Assembly: GCA_000998275.1 (NCBI GenBank)
Contig: LCDA01000006.1
Location: 1 to 48,677 of the forward strand
Direction of reading: 5' to 3'
DNA: 48,677 nt
Source: Candidatus Collierbacteria bacterium GW2011_GWA2_42_17
GTDB lineage: Bacteria > Patescibacteriota > Microgenomatia > UBA1400 > MFAQ01
This document shows, piece by piece, positions 28,288-38,755 of this stretch. The notes under the pieces are model-generated. The model made no database searches and was not told the DNA's origin. It worked only from the letters and a program-made list of their open reading frames with translations. Both the position numbers and the translations under genes were made by a program. Numbering within the stretch: the stretch's first letter is position 1; each line of letters opens with the position of its first letter.

Positions 28288-29154
28288 ATGTACGACCTTA
28301 CAATAATCATTGTAACATTTAATTCCGAAAAACATATCAAGAAATGTGTTGATACTGTCACAAAAAGTGAATTAAATAATCACAACTATAAAATTATAAT
28401 TATTGATAATTTTTCAAAAGATAATACAGTAAAAATAGTCAAAAAAATTCAAAAAAAATCAAAGGATATTTCACTTATTGAAAACAAAAACAATGTAGGT
28501 TTTGCTCGTGCAGTAAATCAAGGAATTAGACTGAATCGTAAAAGTGAATATATCCTCCTATTAAATCCAGACACCATATTAGAGAAAAATTCTCAAATAA
28601 ATTTGATTAAATGTTCAGAAAAAAACAAAGCGGGAATTTGTGGTGGTACGACAGTTAATACAAAAGGGGAAGCTAACGGAAGTTATTTTCGATACCCAAA
28701 TCTAATGGTAGGAATTTTTGATTTCACCAATATTCGAAAATTATGTAAAAACGATAAATGGCATAAATATTTTTATTATTTGGATATTAACAATTCAAAT
28801 AAAGATTCCTTTCCCGTAGACGTTGTTACGGGAGGTTTTATGTTGATAAAGTCAAGCACAATTAAAAAAATTGGATTACTCGACGAAAACTTCTTTATGT
28901 ATCTTGAAGATGTTGATTATTGCTTAAGAGCAAACAAAGCTGGTATAAAAATATTCCACGAAAACTCGTCAAAAATAATACATATCGGAGGAGCAAGCAG
29001 CAACAATAGGGATAGAATTAGGCATTGTTCATGGTTAAAATCCAGAAAAATATTCTTTTTAAAACATTTCGGTGTATTAGAAAACATTATCATCCAGCCA
29101 ATATTTTTATTGGATGATTTATTAATTCTCGCAAATAAAGTTTTTAGAATATGA
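28288..29154 (+). CDS. GT2 glycosyltransferase (WbbL/rhamnosyltransferase-like)
   Basis: IIIVTFNS, IDNFSKD, NVGFARAVNQG, LLNPD, DENFFMYLEDVDYC. ATG 28288 avoids overlap with the opposite-strand gene. Confidence 0.9.
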   Translation: MYDLTIIIVTFNSEKHIKKCVDTVTKSELNNHNYKIIIIDNFSKDNTVKIVKKIQKKSKDISLIENKNNVGFARAVNQGIRLNRKSEYILLLNPDTILEKNSQINLIKCSEKNKAGICGGTTVNTKGEANGSYFRYPNLMVGIFDFTNIRKLCKNDKWHKYFYYLDINNSNKDSFPVDVVTGGFMLIKSSTIKKIGLLDENFFMYLEDVDYCLRANKAGIKIFHENSSKIIHIGGASSNNRDRIRHCSWLKSRKIFFLKHFGVLENIIIQPIFLLDDLLILANKVFRI

Positions 29155-30239
29155 AAATTTCTATCGTTCGTGGCGCCTTCTTAAACCCCTTTGAACTTCA
29201 AAACTATTCTCCCCTAAAGGACAAATATGATATCACCGCAATATCATCCAAACATCCTATTTCTTCGGCAATAGATTTACCTTTAGTTAAACTCTGGTCA
29301 CCTACGGACCTTCCCAACTTTCCTTTCAAATACCCAATTCTCAACAGAATATTCGTTGACGCTCAAAAACTTGGAAACTTGGAAAAGATTATCAAGGGAA
29401 GTGACATCGTTCATGTTGCCGAAACATATTTCGGCTACACATATCAAGCCATCATGGCCAAGAGAAGGGGATTGGTACGGCGTGTTATCAGTACCGTTTG
29501 GGAAATAATCCCTTTTAATAACGAGGGGATTAAAGGCAGAAAAAAATATAAAAAATTAGCTTACGAGAATGTAGATCGATTTATTGCCGTTACGGAAAAA
29601 GCCAAAGAGGTATTAATCAAAGAGGGGGTTAAACCAGAAAAAATTTCCGTCGTCAACATGGGTATTGATCTAAAAAAATTTCACCCCCACCCATTCAAAA
29701 AACAAACCAAGGATATCAATATTCTTTGTGTGGCTCGTCTAGTTCCGGAGAAGGGAATAACAGATCTACTGGAAGTATTTCTTCTCCTTAAAGAAAAAAA
29801 TCCCAACATTAAGCTTACTTTCATAGGCTCGGGACCATTAAAAAAAGAATTAATTGGCTACAAGAATATTTTTGTAAAATCACTCCCCTATCAGAAAATA
29901 AATAAAGAGTACCAGCGTGCCGATATTTTCTGCCTTCCCAGTCGAGAAACTAAAACTTGGGGGGAGCAGTACGGTATGTGTTTACTGGAAGCCATGGCTT
30001 GTGGTCTTCCCATCGTCACCACCAATAGCGGCGCCATTCCAGAGGTTGTAGGGGACGTAGCTCTCATTTCTCCCCATTCAAACATTAAAGAACTCAGAAC
30101 AAACCTAGAGAAACTAATTTATAATGAAGATCTAAGGCACTCGCTTTCCATAGCTGCTCGTCAAAGAGCAGAAGAAAAGTATGACCGTCAAAAAATAGCC
30201 GAACAAATTGAGGAAATTTATAAATCTCTGGCAAGATAA
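29151..30239 (+). CDS. GT4 glycosyltransferase
   Basis: VARLVPEKG, ADIFCLPS, EQYGMCLLEAMACGLPIV. Confidence 0.92.
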   Translation: MKISIVRGAFLNPFELQNYSPLKDKYDITAISSKHPISSAIDLPLVKLWSPTDLPNFPFKYPILNRIFVDAQKLGNLEKIIKGSDIVHVAETYFGYTYQAIMAKRRGLVRRVISTVWEIIPFNNEGIKGRKKYKKLAYENVDRFIAVTEKAKEVLIKEGVKPEKISVVNMGIDLKKFHPHPFKKQTKDINILCVARLVPEKGITDLLEVFLLLKEKNPNIKLTFIGSGPLKKELIGYKNIFVKSLPYQKINKEYQRADIFCLPSRETKTWGEQYGMCLLEAMACGLPIVTTNSGAIPEVVGDVALISPHSNIKELRTNLEKLIYNEDLRHSLSIAARQRAEEKYDRQKIAEQIEEIYKSLAR

Positions 30240-31606
30240 AGAGTTACGGGATGAACCAGTTTCTTGACTTGATGGTAGAGAACTCTTAGGACATTTACCG
30301 GATGCTTAATAAAATCGATAATGTATCTCTTTTTTTGTTCCGCTTTGAAAAGCATAATTAGTTTATACAGTTCCTCCCGCGTTAACGTTTCCGACAAAAT
30401 AATTGCTTCCTCGTGATTTTCTAAAAATTCTACATTCAAAGTACTCCAGTCCATTTTTTCATTCACCATTCCTCTTTTCTTTGCGTATTCCCATATCGGA
30501 GTTCCAGGTAAAGGGGTCAACACATAAACACCAAACCCTCTTAGTTTACTGTCTTTAATAAATTTAAAAGTTTGTAGAATTTCTTCACGAGTCTCACTAG
30601 GTGAGCCTATGATAAAAGAGGCACTCGGTTCAATACCATATTTTTTGAAAATCCTTATCGCCCTCATGTGATCTTTGATGTTAACCGTATCTCCCTTAAG
30701 ATAATTAAGAATTCTAGGAGTTCCTGATTCCAAACCCATTGAAACCCCTTTAATATTCATTTTTTTAAGAAGTTTTGCCATACTTTCATCTATTAAATTG
30801 GATCTTACCGCACAACTGAAAGATATTTTTCCCAACAACTTCTCTTTACGAAGTAGGGAAACAATTTCTTTAATCCTTGGTTTACTTACAATAAATAAAT
30901 CATCCCAAAAATCAATTTCTCTTACACCGAAATGCTCATATAAATACTTGACTTCTGCCACTACATATTTCGCAGAAAAGAACCTCGTACTATTCCAAAA
31001 TCGTGAAGAAGCACAAAAAACACATCGATACGGACAGCCTCTAGAGGAAAATACATGGGTGCATTTTTCAATCCTCATCAAATCTCGTGCCGGATTCGGT
31101 ATGGTATCCATTTTTGCGATAGGTGCTCTTTTTTCTGTCTGAACAAGTTTTTTTCCATCCCAAAAAGCCAAACCACTGACTTTTATCAAATCCTTTTTAT
31201 CAAATTTTCCCTTCTCTAGATATATTGAAAACAACTCTTTGATAGCTTCCTCTCCTTCACCTATCACCGCAACATCCATATCCCTTGTGAGTGTGGTTGG
31301 TAACACGGTGATGTGGGTACCACCGATTAAAACTGGGATTTTACTTTTCTTTGCGATTTTTGCGTACTGTATCGCATAATTGTAGTTCTGAGAGACAGAC
31401 GTGATACCAACAATATCAGGTTTGTATTTTTTTATCTCATTTTTAACATCCCTATCCACAATCTTAAAATCAATCAAATCATTTTCAAAATCGTTTCTTA
31501 AGGAACTGACCAAATACCCCAAACTTAAGGGAGGCAAAGAAGTTTGCAACGACTTTGTAATGTCAATTGCGTTAATGAGAAGAAACTTTATTTTCATATT
31601 CGACAT
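30218..31606 (-). CDS. Cobalamin-binding radical SAM protein
   Basis: PPLSLGYL, PDIVGIT, GGTHIT, GEGE, SRGCPYRCVFC (CxxxCxxC), GLESG, PLPGT. Confidence 0.92.
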   Translation of the reverse strand: MSNMKIKFLLINAIDITKSLQTSLPPLSLGYLVSSLRNDFENDLIDFKIVDRDVKNEIKKYKPDIVGITSVSQNYNYAIQYAKIAKKSKIPVLIGGTHITVLPTTLTRDMDVAVIGEGEEAIKELFSIYLEKGKFDKKDLIKVSGLAFWDGKKLVQTEKRAPIAKMDTIPNPARDLMRIEKCTHVFSSRGCPYRCVFCASSRFWNSTRFFSAKYVVAEVKYLYEHFGVREIDFWDDLFIVSKPRIKEIVSLLRKEKLLGKISFSCAVRSNLIDESMAKLLKKMNIKGVSMGLESGTPRILNYLKGDTVNIKDHMRAIRIFKKYGIEPSASFIIGSPSETREEILQTFKFIKDSKLRGFGVYVLTPLPGTPIWEYAKKRGMVNEKMDWSTLNVEFLENHEEAIILSETLTREELYKLIMLFKAEQKKRYIIDFIKHPVNVLRVLYHQVKKLVHPVTLYLARDL

Positions 31607-31673
31607 CCAATTTTACATCAACAGATCTAATATCTGGTTTATAATAACCTAGCCTACCGATTCCTCACTTAAT

Positions 31674-32987
31674 ATGTCTATCAAACGAAGCCTGATAAAA
31701 AACGCCGCATTCAATCTTTCCGGATACTTTTATCTTCTTCTTGCCAGCTTCTTTTCTATCTCCGTACTCTTAAACAACCTTGGCCGAGATATTTTTGGTG
31801 TCTATATTTTTTTGGTCTCATTTATTTCACTGGCCGCCGTCTTTGATTTTGGGATTTCCAATGCAGTCGTTAGAAAACTATCCCTTCCAGACACCACAAG
31901 GGAAGAAAATGTCAAAACCTGGAAAACCTCATTTGCAATTTATATTGCTTTGGCCGTGGTTTTATTTATCTGCGTTTTTGTTCTTTTGCAGTATCTTTCG
32001 AGAATCATGCCGTTATTCGTTCATCTTGATAGAAACACAATAAATTGGTCTATTGGGATTTTGTCGTCAATCGTCTTTGTTAATCATCTAAACACCCATC
32101 TGCTTAATCTTTCTCAGGCAAAACAAAGATTCGATATCTTTAATTCCAAAACAATATTAGTTGGATCTGCTAACACCATAATTTCAGCACTCGTGTCGGG
32201 AGCCTATCCTAACATTGCGATTCTTTTTCTCGTTCAGTTAGTTTTCCATATCCTTACATTCATGTTTATGGTTTTTTACTCCCTAAAATATTTCACCGGA
32301 AAAGACTTTACACCCAGCTACGACAAACAAACAGGAAAGGAGCTTTTTTCTTTTGGACTGAGAAATTTTGTTGGTACACTTGCTGGTCAGGTAGAAAATC
32401 AGTTCAGTAATTTCATTCTCGGAGCTATGGTGTCTGCCAGAGCTATCACCTCCTTCAGCATTCCTCAAAGTATTGTTGCCAAAGGAGCCGGTGTTGTTTC
32501 ACAGGTTGCTCAGGCGTTTTTTCCCCTTAGTACCTCGTTACTAGAAAAAGATCGTATTAAAAAACTCAAGAAGTTGGTTCTTGGGATTGAGGGTCTTACT
32601 TTGATAGGTGGCGTTTTGGCTGTTTTTCTTTCTTTTACCATCGGACAATCATTTCTTACTTGGTGGTTGAAAGATCCTGTTGTTGTCGCGTCTGCCTATC
32701 CAATTCTTAAGGTACTTAGTTTCTATTTCGTCCTCGTATCACTAACTCCAATTCCCACGGCCTTACTTCAGGGATTAAACAAACCCCAAATCCCCTCATT
32801 TTTCGGAGCACTCACAGTTTCGCTCGAAATTATTTTTTCTCTATTTCTTGTCCGTATGGGAGCAATTGGTATCGCCTATGCTTTTCTCATTAGCGTTTGT
32901 ATAACAGTTCCTTCAATTCTGATTGTTACCTGGAAACAGTTGGAATTGGAGATAATTAAAATCAGCGAACCTTTGCCAAAGCAATAA
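31674..32987 (+). CDS. wzx: Wzx/MOP-family oligosaccharide flippase
   Basis: Many TM segments; LGRDIFGVY, FDFGISNAVVR, ELFSFG. Confidence 0.8.
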   Translation: MSIKRSLIKNAAFNLSGYFYLLLASFFSISVLLNNLGRDIFGVYIFLVSFISLAAVFDFGISNAVVRKLSLPDTTREENVKTWKTSFAIYIALAVVLFICVFVLLQYLSRIMPLFVHLDRNTINWSIGILSSIVFVNHLNTHLLNLSQAKQRFDIFNSKTILVGSANTIISALVSGAYPNIAILFLVQLVFHILTFMFMVFYSLKYFTGKDFTPSYDKQTGKELFSFGLRNFVGTLAGQVENQFSNFILGAMVSARAITSFSIPQSIVAKGAGVVSQVAQAFFPLSTSLLEKDRIKKLKKLVLGIEGLTLIGGVLAVFLSFTIGQSFLTWWLKDPVVVASAYPILKVLSFYFVLVSLTPIPTALLQGLNKPQIPSFFGALTVSLEIIFSLFLVRMGAIGIAYAFLISVCITVPSILIVTWKQLELEIIKISEPLPKQ

Positions 32988-33630
32988 ACTGGTAGGAAAA
33001 AAGTGTAGGTATTTTACAAGCTATCCAATACTGCCAAGAAGCAGGTAGTCTGTCGGTGATTTTATATAAAAAGGGCACCTTGCACATTCCATTGGTAGGG
33101 GATAACTTAAGAATTTTTAAACCAACCTTTTTCAGTACATCCTCAAAACTTTTTTTAGTATAAAAATGTAGATGCGTTTTATCCATTATTCCCGTCGAAG
33201 TATATTGAAAATCACCCCTTAGAAGCATCCATCTAATCGAGGCATGTGCAATATTCGGAACGGAAACAATAATTTTCCCATCGTCTTTTAGAAGAGGTTT
33301 GATGATATCAAAAACACTTTCCGGATGAAGTAAATGCTCGATTACATCCAGAATAATGACGTAGTCAAAATATTTTTTTGGAACAGGCAATTTATGTACC
33401 TCGTCGATATTAGCTACAATTGTTCTTTTACAGTGTTTACCAGCCCTTTTAACAGCCTCTTTATCGCTATCAACTCCCCAAGTTTCGCAATTCTTATTAA
33501 ACAATTCCCTTGCAAAATACCCGGTTGCACAACCAATATCCAGCACTTTGGAATTAGCGTCAATTAAATTAAAAGCTAATTTGTGAGATTCAAAAGCATT
33601 ATTATTAAATTTGTTGTATCGATATTTCAT
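32962..33630 (-). CDS. Class I SAM-dependent methyltransferase
   Basis: VLDIGCATG, FDYVIILDVIEHL, SVPNIAH, GIMDKTHLHFYT. Confidence 0.9.
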   Translation of the reverse strand: MKYRYNKFNNNAFESHKLAFNLIDANSKVLDIGCATGYFARELFNKNCETWGVDSDKEAVKRAGKHCKRTIVANIDEVHKLPVPKKYFDYVIILDVIEHLLHPESVFDIIKPLLKDDGKIIVSVPNIAHASIRWMLLRGDFQYTSTGIMDKTHLHFYTKKSFEDVLKKVGLKILKLSPTNGMCKVPFLYKITDRLPASWQYWIACKIPTLFSYQFIALAKVR

Positions 33631-33679
33631 ATTTGATTGCTACTAAAGCGGTTTTGTCATTTAGGTTAGAATATAGCAG

Positions 33680-34507
33680 ATGAGCAAAAGGATAACAGCA
33701 ATCATTCTAAACTACAAACATCAAAGGGATACCACAGAGTGTATTTCTTCGATTCAAAAAACGGATATTGGCAGTGAAGTTAGCATAATAATCGTCGACA
33801 ATTCCCCTACCAAAACAAATCAACGAACATTTAAAAAATTGTTTCCGAAAGCAGACTATATTGCCAGTCCATCAAACTTAGGTTTTGCGGGTGGAAACAA
33901 TATTGGAATTAATAAAGCCCTCGCTACCGGAACCGATTACGTTCTTATCGTAAACCCAGACGTTGTCTTGCCCCATGATTTTTTTGTTCCGCTATTAAAG
34001 CACTTCGAAAATAAAAAAACCGGCATTGTTGCTCCAGCTATTTTCCACAAGCAAAAAAATGACATGTATTTTGGTCTAGATGGTAAGGTAGATTGGAGTT
34101 TGGCTAAACCCAAGCATCAAAATATTAAAAAGATCACGTCAACCAAACCAATCAAATCGGAATTTGTTACTTTTGCTTGTGTTTTAATTTCTAAAGAAAC
34201 GTTTCAAAAAGTTGGTCTTTTGGATGAAGGTTATTTTATGTACTTTGAGGACGTCGATTACTGCCTCTCAGCCAAAAAAAAGAATGTTGACATTATCCTT
34301 GACCCAAAAGTAATTATTGAGCATAGAACATCCTCCTCATTTTACAAGCCTACAGGAAAACTGTTAATCAGTTTTAAAAGCCATCTTCGTTTTATGACCA
34401 AATGGCTACCTCTATCCAAAAGGATTAAACCTTTTTTTCACGCGCTTGCTCTCTATCCTTATCTCTATCTTCTTTGGACATATCATTTTTATAAATACGG
34501 TCGATAA
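33680..34507 (+). CDS. GT2 glycosyltransferase
   Basis: IILNY, VDN, NLGFAGGNNIG, VNPD, DEGYFMYFEDVDYC. Confidence 0.9.
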   Translation: MSKRITAIILNYKHQRDTTECISSIQKTDIGSEVSIIIVDNSPTKTNQRTFKKLFPKADYIASPSNLGFAGGNNIGINKALATGTDYVLIVNPDVVLPHDFFVPLLKHFENKKTGIVAPAIFHKQKNDMYFGLDGKVDWSLAKPKHQNIKKITSTKPIKSEFVTFACVLISKETFQKVGLLDEGYFMYFEDVDYCLSAKKKNVDIILDPKVIIEHRTSSSFYKPTGKLLISFKSHLRFMTKWLPLSKRIKPFFHALALYPYLYLLWTYHFYKYGR

Positions 34508-35641
34508 ATGGAAAATAATACTCGCTTCACTAAGCTCGACGGCCTTCGCGGTCTACTATCTTTGATCGTAGCGTTAAATCACTCCTTTTTAGTAATTGTC
34601 ATTCCCACGTTTGCTAATGTGTGGCAGCAAAACCCCTTCATCTTTCACGGACTCCAAAGCAAACTTCAACAGTTGTTTATGTTCCTCGGCAATGGGGGAG
34701 CTGCCGTGACGCTTTTCTTTCTTCTTTCGGGTTTGGTTCTCGGACAGTCCTTATCCAGAACAAAAATGAATTTTCGAGGACTAACTAGTTTTATGGTCAA
34801 AAGAATAATTCGTTTGTATCCTGTCTATCTATTCATTGTTGCCACAACTGCCATCTACATGAAATTTGGCTTTATCTATCAAACGTTCCCCTATTCATCT
34901 TCCTGGTTCAACTGGTGGATGAACTTCCAAATGACCTTCAAAGAACTACTCCTCAATATTTTCTTTATCCATGCTTACATTGGTGGCGTCACCTGGACTC
35001 TTAGGGTCATTCTCATTGTTTCCTTCATCTTTCCGGTCTTTTTCCTCATCAACAAAAAAACTTCTTGGTGGTTGGATATTCTAATCAGCTTTCTTTTGAT
35101 TTATCTCAGTTTTACCTTATTGAATATCGAAGGTTTTCGAGATCTTCGATATCTTTATATGTTCTATCTCGGTTTGATGATACCCAAATTTAAAACTCTG
35201 TTTTCCATGGCTTCCAATCGACTAGTCTCCGTTATTCTTCCGCTCGCTCTTATACCCTTACTCGGTTTTCGTTATCTGACCAACGAATACCAAGGAGGAG
35301 TTGTTGAAAGCATTATTTCCTTTTTTCTAATTGGTTTCGCTGCCTATGGAAACAAAGTAACCGCTCTAGATTTTTTGAATGGAAAATTTTTCCAGTTCTT
35401 TGGCAAAATTTCCTACAGTTTATATTTAATTCATTTTTCCGTTTTATATATTCTTTCAAGAATTATGTTCCAAAGTCTACCCAATCTTCCTTACGAAAAT
35501 CAGTACTTAATTATTCATCTCGGTCTCTTCTTGTTGTCGGTTATTATTGCCACGGGAGTTTCCTTTCTCGTTTATAAATTTATCGAGTTACCATCACATG
35601 TGTTGTCTACTAGTGTCGGTAAAAAAATATCTCAAGAATGA
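34508..35641 (+). CDS. Acyltransferase-3 (OafA-like) O-acyltransferase
   Basis: LDGLRG, AVTLFFLLSG, KRIIRLYP, WTL, GKISYSLYLIH, YKFIELP. Confidence 0.9.
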   Translation: MENNTRFTKLDGLRGLLSLIVALNHSFLVIVIPTFANVWQQNPFIFHGLQSKLQQLFMFLGNGGAAVTLFFLLSGLVLGQSLSRTKMNFRGLTSFMVKRIIRLYPVYLFIVATTAIYMKFGFIYQTFPYSSSWFNWWMNFQMTFKELLLNIFFIHAYIGGVTWTLRVILIVSFIFPVFFLINKKTSWWLDILISFLLIYLSFTLLNIEGFRDLRYLYMFYLGLMIPKFKTLFSMASNRLVSVILPLALIPLLGFRYLTNEYQGGVVESIISFFLIGFAAYGNKVTALDFLNGKFFQFFGKISYSLYLIHFSVLYILSRIMFQSLPNLPYENQYLIIHLGLFLLSVIIATGVSFLVYKFIELPSHVLSTSVGKKISQE

Positions 35642-36363
35642 AAATAACCGTAGCTATCATTTCAAAATCCGAAAAAATAAACAAATCTGTTCTTGACTCG
35701 GTCAATTTTGCCTCTGAAATAATCATCGTGGTTGACTCACCAGTAAAAAAATCGAAGACAATTGGTAAAACACATTTTTACTATCGACCTCTTAATAACA
35801 ACTTTGCCTCTCAGAGAAACTTTGCCTTAAAAAGGGCAAAAAACAACTGGGTTTTCTTTATCGATGACGACGAGTATGTTGGAACAGAGTTGGCTAGAGA
35901 AATTCAAAGCCTTACTTCAAAAACAAAATACTCTGGATTTATGATCAAAAGAGTTGATGTCTGTTTTCACCAACCCTTTTTATATGGCGAAACAGGTAAC
36001 ACTCGTCTCCTCCATCTCGCCAAAAGAAAACTCGGAAATTTCACCCGACCAGTTCATGAGAATTGGAAAATAAAAGGCATGGTGGGGGAATTATCTTCAC
36101 CTCTTTATCACGTCAAAGACAATTTTATTAGTGAATTTATCAATCGGATGACTCACTATGCCAGCATCGATGCCCATATCTTAACCAAAGAAAATAAACC
36201 CTTTACCTTTTGGCGCCTAATCCTTAATCCAAAAGGCAAATTTATTCAAAACTACATCTTTAAGCTCGGATTTCTTGATGGTACCATCGGTTTATTCTTG
36301 GCCTATCTCATGAGTGTTCAGTCATTAACCGTCCGTATATTTCAATGGACAAAAAGAAATTAA
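35638..36363 (+). CDS. GT2 glycosyltransferase (LgtF/WaaE-like)
   Basis: FASQRNFAL, WVFFIDDDE, VHE, GFLDG. Confidence 0.85.
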   Translation: MKITVAIISKSEKINKSVLDSVNFASEIIIVVDSPVKKSKTIGKTHFYYRPLNNNFASQRNFALKRAKNNWVFFIDDDEYVGTELAREIQSLTSKTKYSGFMIKRVDVCFHQPFLYGETGNTRLLHLAKRKLGNFTRPVHENWKIKGMVGELSSPLYHVKDNFISEFINRMTHYASIDAHILTKENKPFTFWRLILNPKGKFIQNYIFKLGFLDGTIGLFLAYLMSVQSLTVRIFQWTKRN

Positions 36364-37673
36364 TACTTCTAGTTTGGGTACCAATAATTCTTCTTGGAGT
36401 TTTAAATTTACTTACGGTGTTTACTCCGGAGATGGGCTTCGATGCCTTATGGTATCACCTCACCCTTCCCAAACTTTGGTTATTTAAACAAAAATGGTTC
36501 TTTGATGGCGGGCTTTTGTATTACTCGGTGATGCCTCGACTCACCGAAACCATTTTTATTCCTTTAATAAAACTCACTGGTTACATCGGCCCAAAGTTTG
36601 TTCAGTATCTCTCCGGTATTGGCATAAGTTTCTTCATTTGGAAAATTTCGACAAAGCTAAACTTATCTACTCTTCTTAAATCCGTTACTATATCTCTTTT
36701 TTACGGCACCTGGTTGGTCAGTTGGCAGTCCGGCAGCGCCTACATTGATTTATTTAGAACTTTTCTTGAAACAGTAGCCCTTTACTTTTTTGTTTCCGGC
36801 TCATGGAAAAAAGGAGGTATTTTTCTTGGGCTAGCTGTTGGTACCAAGTGGCTCTCACTTGGGTCTGTTGCTATTTACGCTGTTGCTTTTGGTCTGCCAC
36901 TTATTCTTCCTGCTCTGCTTCTTTCTCTTCCTTGGTTTATTATCGCTTTCAAATTCACCGGAAACCCCATCTACCCCCTTTTTAGCCCGCTTCTCCACCA
37001 ATCATTTTCGTCAGTAGGAGTAATCATTAAAAATGTTCTTCTTCTTCCGATTACGGTTACCCTTCCCTTTGACGATTTTCTTTCACCACTAATCGGTCTT
37101 CTTGTGGTGTTGACGACAATTTCACTTTTTAGTCGCCATAAATTAATTAAAAAAATTGCCTTAATTGGTCTTCTTGGATCCCTCTTCAGTGTTGTTCTTA
37201 ATCCTCCCTCAAGTCGTTTCCTTTTGCCATATCTTCCAGCACTAATAATATCCTCGGTTTATATCGTTAGCTTATTAAAAGACCCCCTTAGAAATTTATT
37301 TATTTATCTCGTGATTATTTCTTCTCTGATTATTTTTGGCATGAGAATCATTGCTGTCAAAAAATACCTTCCCTTTTTACTCGGTAGAGAAACACAAAAT
37401 GTTTTTCTTACCAAACATGCGACTCGTTTACCGGAGACCTTTATCGATACAGACGACTACGTCGAAAATAATCTTGACGGAAACAGTAAAATACTCATAG
37501 ACAAACTTCATAATCTTTATTATTTTCCCTTCAACTACGACCACACTTCGTGGATAAAGTCATCGGAGGGCTATGACTATCTCATTACGATTGGCACTAA
37601 CCCTTCGGAAATAAAAGCTGAATTGCTCCACACCAACGATATCGGAATTCAAATCTATAAAATCTCAAAATGA
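36345..37673 (+). CDS. Polytopic membrane protein, GT-C-like
   Basis: Luminal FDALWYHL, multiple TMs, LAVGTK, PWF..TGNPIYP, RFLLP. Confidence 0.6.
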   Translation: MDKKKLILLVWVPIILLGVLNLLTVFTPEMGFDALWYHLTLPKLWLFKQKWFFDGGLLYYSVMPRLTETIFIPLIKLTGYIGPKFVQYLSGIGISFFIWKISTKLNLSTLLKSVTISLFYGTWLVSWQSGSAYIDLFRTFLETVALYFFVSGSWKKGGIFLGLAVGTKWLSLGSVAIYAVAFGLPLILPALLLSLPWFIIAFKFTGNPIYPLFSPLLHQSFSSVGVIIKNVLLLPITVTLPFDDFLSPLIGLLVVLTTISLFSRHKLIKKIALIGLLGSLFSVVLNPPSSRFLLPYLPALIISSVYIVSLLKDPLRNLFIYLVIISSLIIFGMRIIAVKKYLPFLLGRETQNVFLTKHATRLPETFIDTDDYVENNLDGNSKILIDKLHNLYYFPFNYDHTSWIKSSEGYDYLITIGTNPSEIKAELLHTNDIGIQIYKISK

Positions 37674-38755
37674 CCTATTTTTTATTACTCCTTACACTTT
37701 ACGTTTGGCCTTTTGGGCAACTACTTTCTTTTTCGGTACCCCAACTTTCCTTCACCTTGTATTTTCTTGACCTGGTGGTGTTTCTAGTCTTTTTATCTCT
37801 CGTATTTTCCAGGAAAAGAAAGGAAATATTTTTGGGATCTATCACCAAGCCCCTCCTTATCTTTTTATCTGTAGCTGCAATTTCATTGGTTTTTAATCTT
37901 AAGCAGGGGATATCTGTCGGGCTTCCTTTATCCTTCTTTTATTTATTAAGACTAATTATTTATCCCTCGTTATTTTTTGCTGCACGTCACGTCGGTATTA
38001 ACAAACTCAAAAACCCTCTACTGATATCTTTGGGAATATTTTCTCTTCTTAGCTTACTTCAATATCTAATTTTTCCGGACATGCGGTATTTAAAAAACCT
38101 TGGATTCGACGATCACTATTTCCGACTGATTGGTTCCTTTTATGATCCCAATTTTACCGGTGCCGTTTTTGCCGGCATCGCCTTATACTTCATCGCCAAG
38201 AACAAACTATTATTTTCCATTCCCTTTGTTGGTTTACTCGCCCTCACCTTTTCCAGAGCTTCATACTTAGTATTTGCTGTCGGTTTAATTTACCTCTTGA
38301 TTACCAACAAAAAAACTAAACTATTATTACTTCTAATCCTCCTGGGTATCATCATCTATCTCACCCCCAAACCCTTTGGTGAAGGAGTCAATCTCTTAAG
38401 AACCTTTTCCATCTTTTCCAGATTTGATAGTTGGAGTCGGGGACTCCGCTTATTTTTTGAAAGGCCGATTTTAGGTTGGGGATACAACACCCTAAGAGGA
38501 ATTGAAAACTCTCGTTTCCAAACGGACAACAGCTTCATCTTTCTACTCGCTACCACTGGCATGGTGGGCTTCTTATTCTTTATTAACCTTCTTAAAAAAC
38601 TTTACCAAACTACGATTGATAACGGAATTAAAATTCTAGCGCTTTCCCTTCTTTTTCATAGTCTCTTCAACAACTCACTCTTCTTCATCTGGATCTTAGC
38701 CCTTTTCTGGTTTACTCTGGGAATTGGTCAAACAAAAATTAAGGCGTATAAATAA
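37670..38755 (+). CDS. O-antigen ligase/Wzy_C-family protein
   Basis: RLIGSFYDPN, LTFSRAS, RFDSW, PILGWGY, DNSF...TGMVG, HSLFNN. Confidence 0.85.
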   Translation: MTYFLLLLTLYVWPFGQLLSFSVPQLSFTLYFLDLVVFLVFLSLVFSRKRKEIFLGSITKPLLIFLSVAAISLVFNLKQGISVGLPLSFFYLLRLIIYPSLFFAARHVGINKLKNPLLISLGIFSLLSLLQYLIFPDMRYLKNLGFDDHYFRLIGSFYDPNFTGAVFAGIALYFIAKNKLLFSIPFVGLLALTFSRASYLVFAVGLIYLLITNKKTKLLLLLILLGIIIYLTPKPFGEGVNLLRTFSIFSRFDSWSRGLRLFFERPILGWGYNTLRGIENSRFQTDNSFIFLLATTGMVGFLFFINLLKKLYQTTIDNGIKILALSLLFHSLFNNSLFFIWILALFWFTLGIGQTKIKAYK

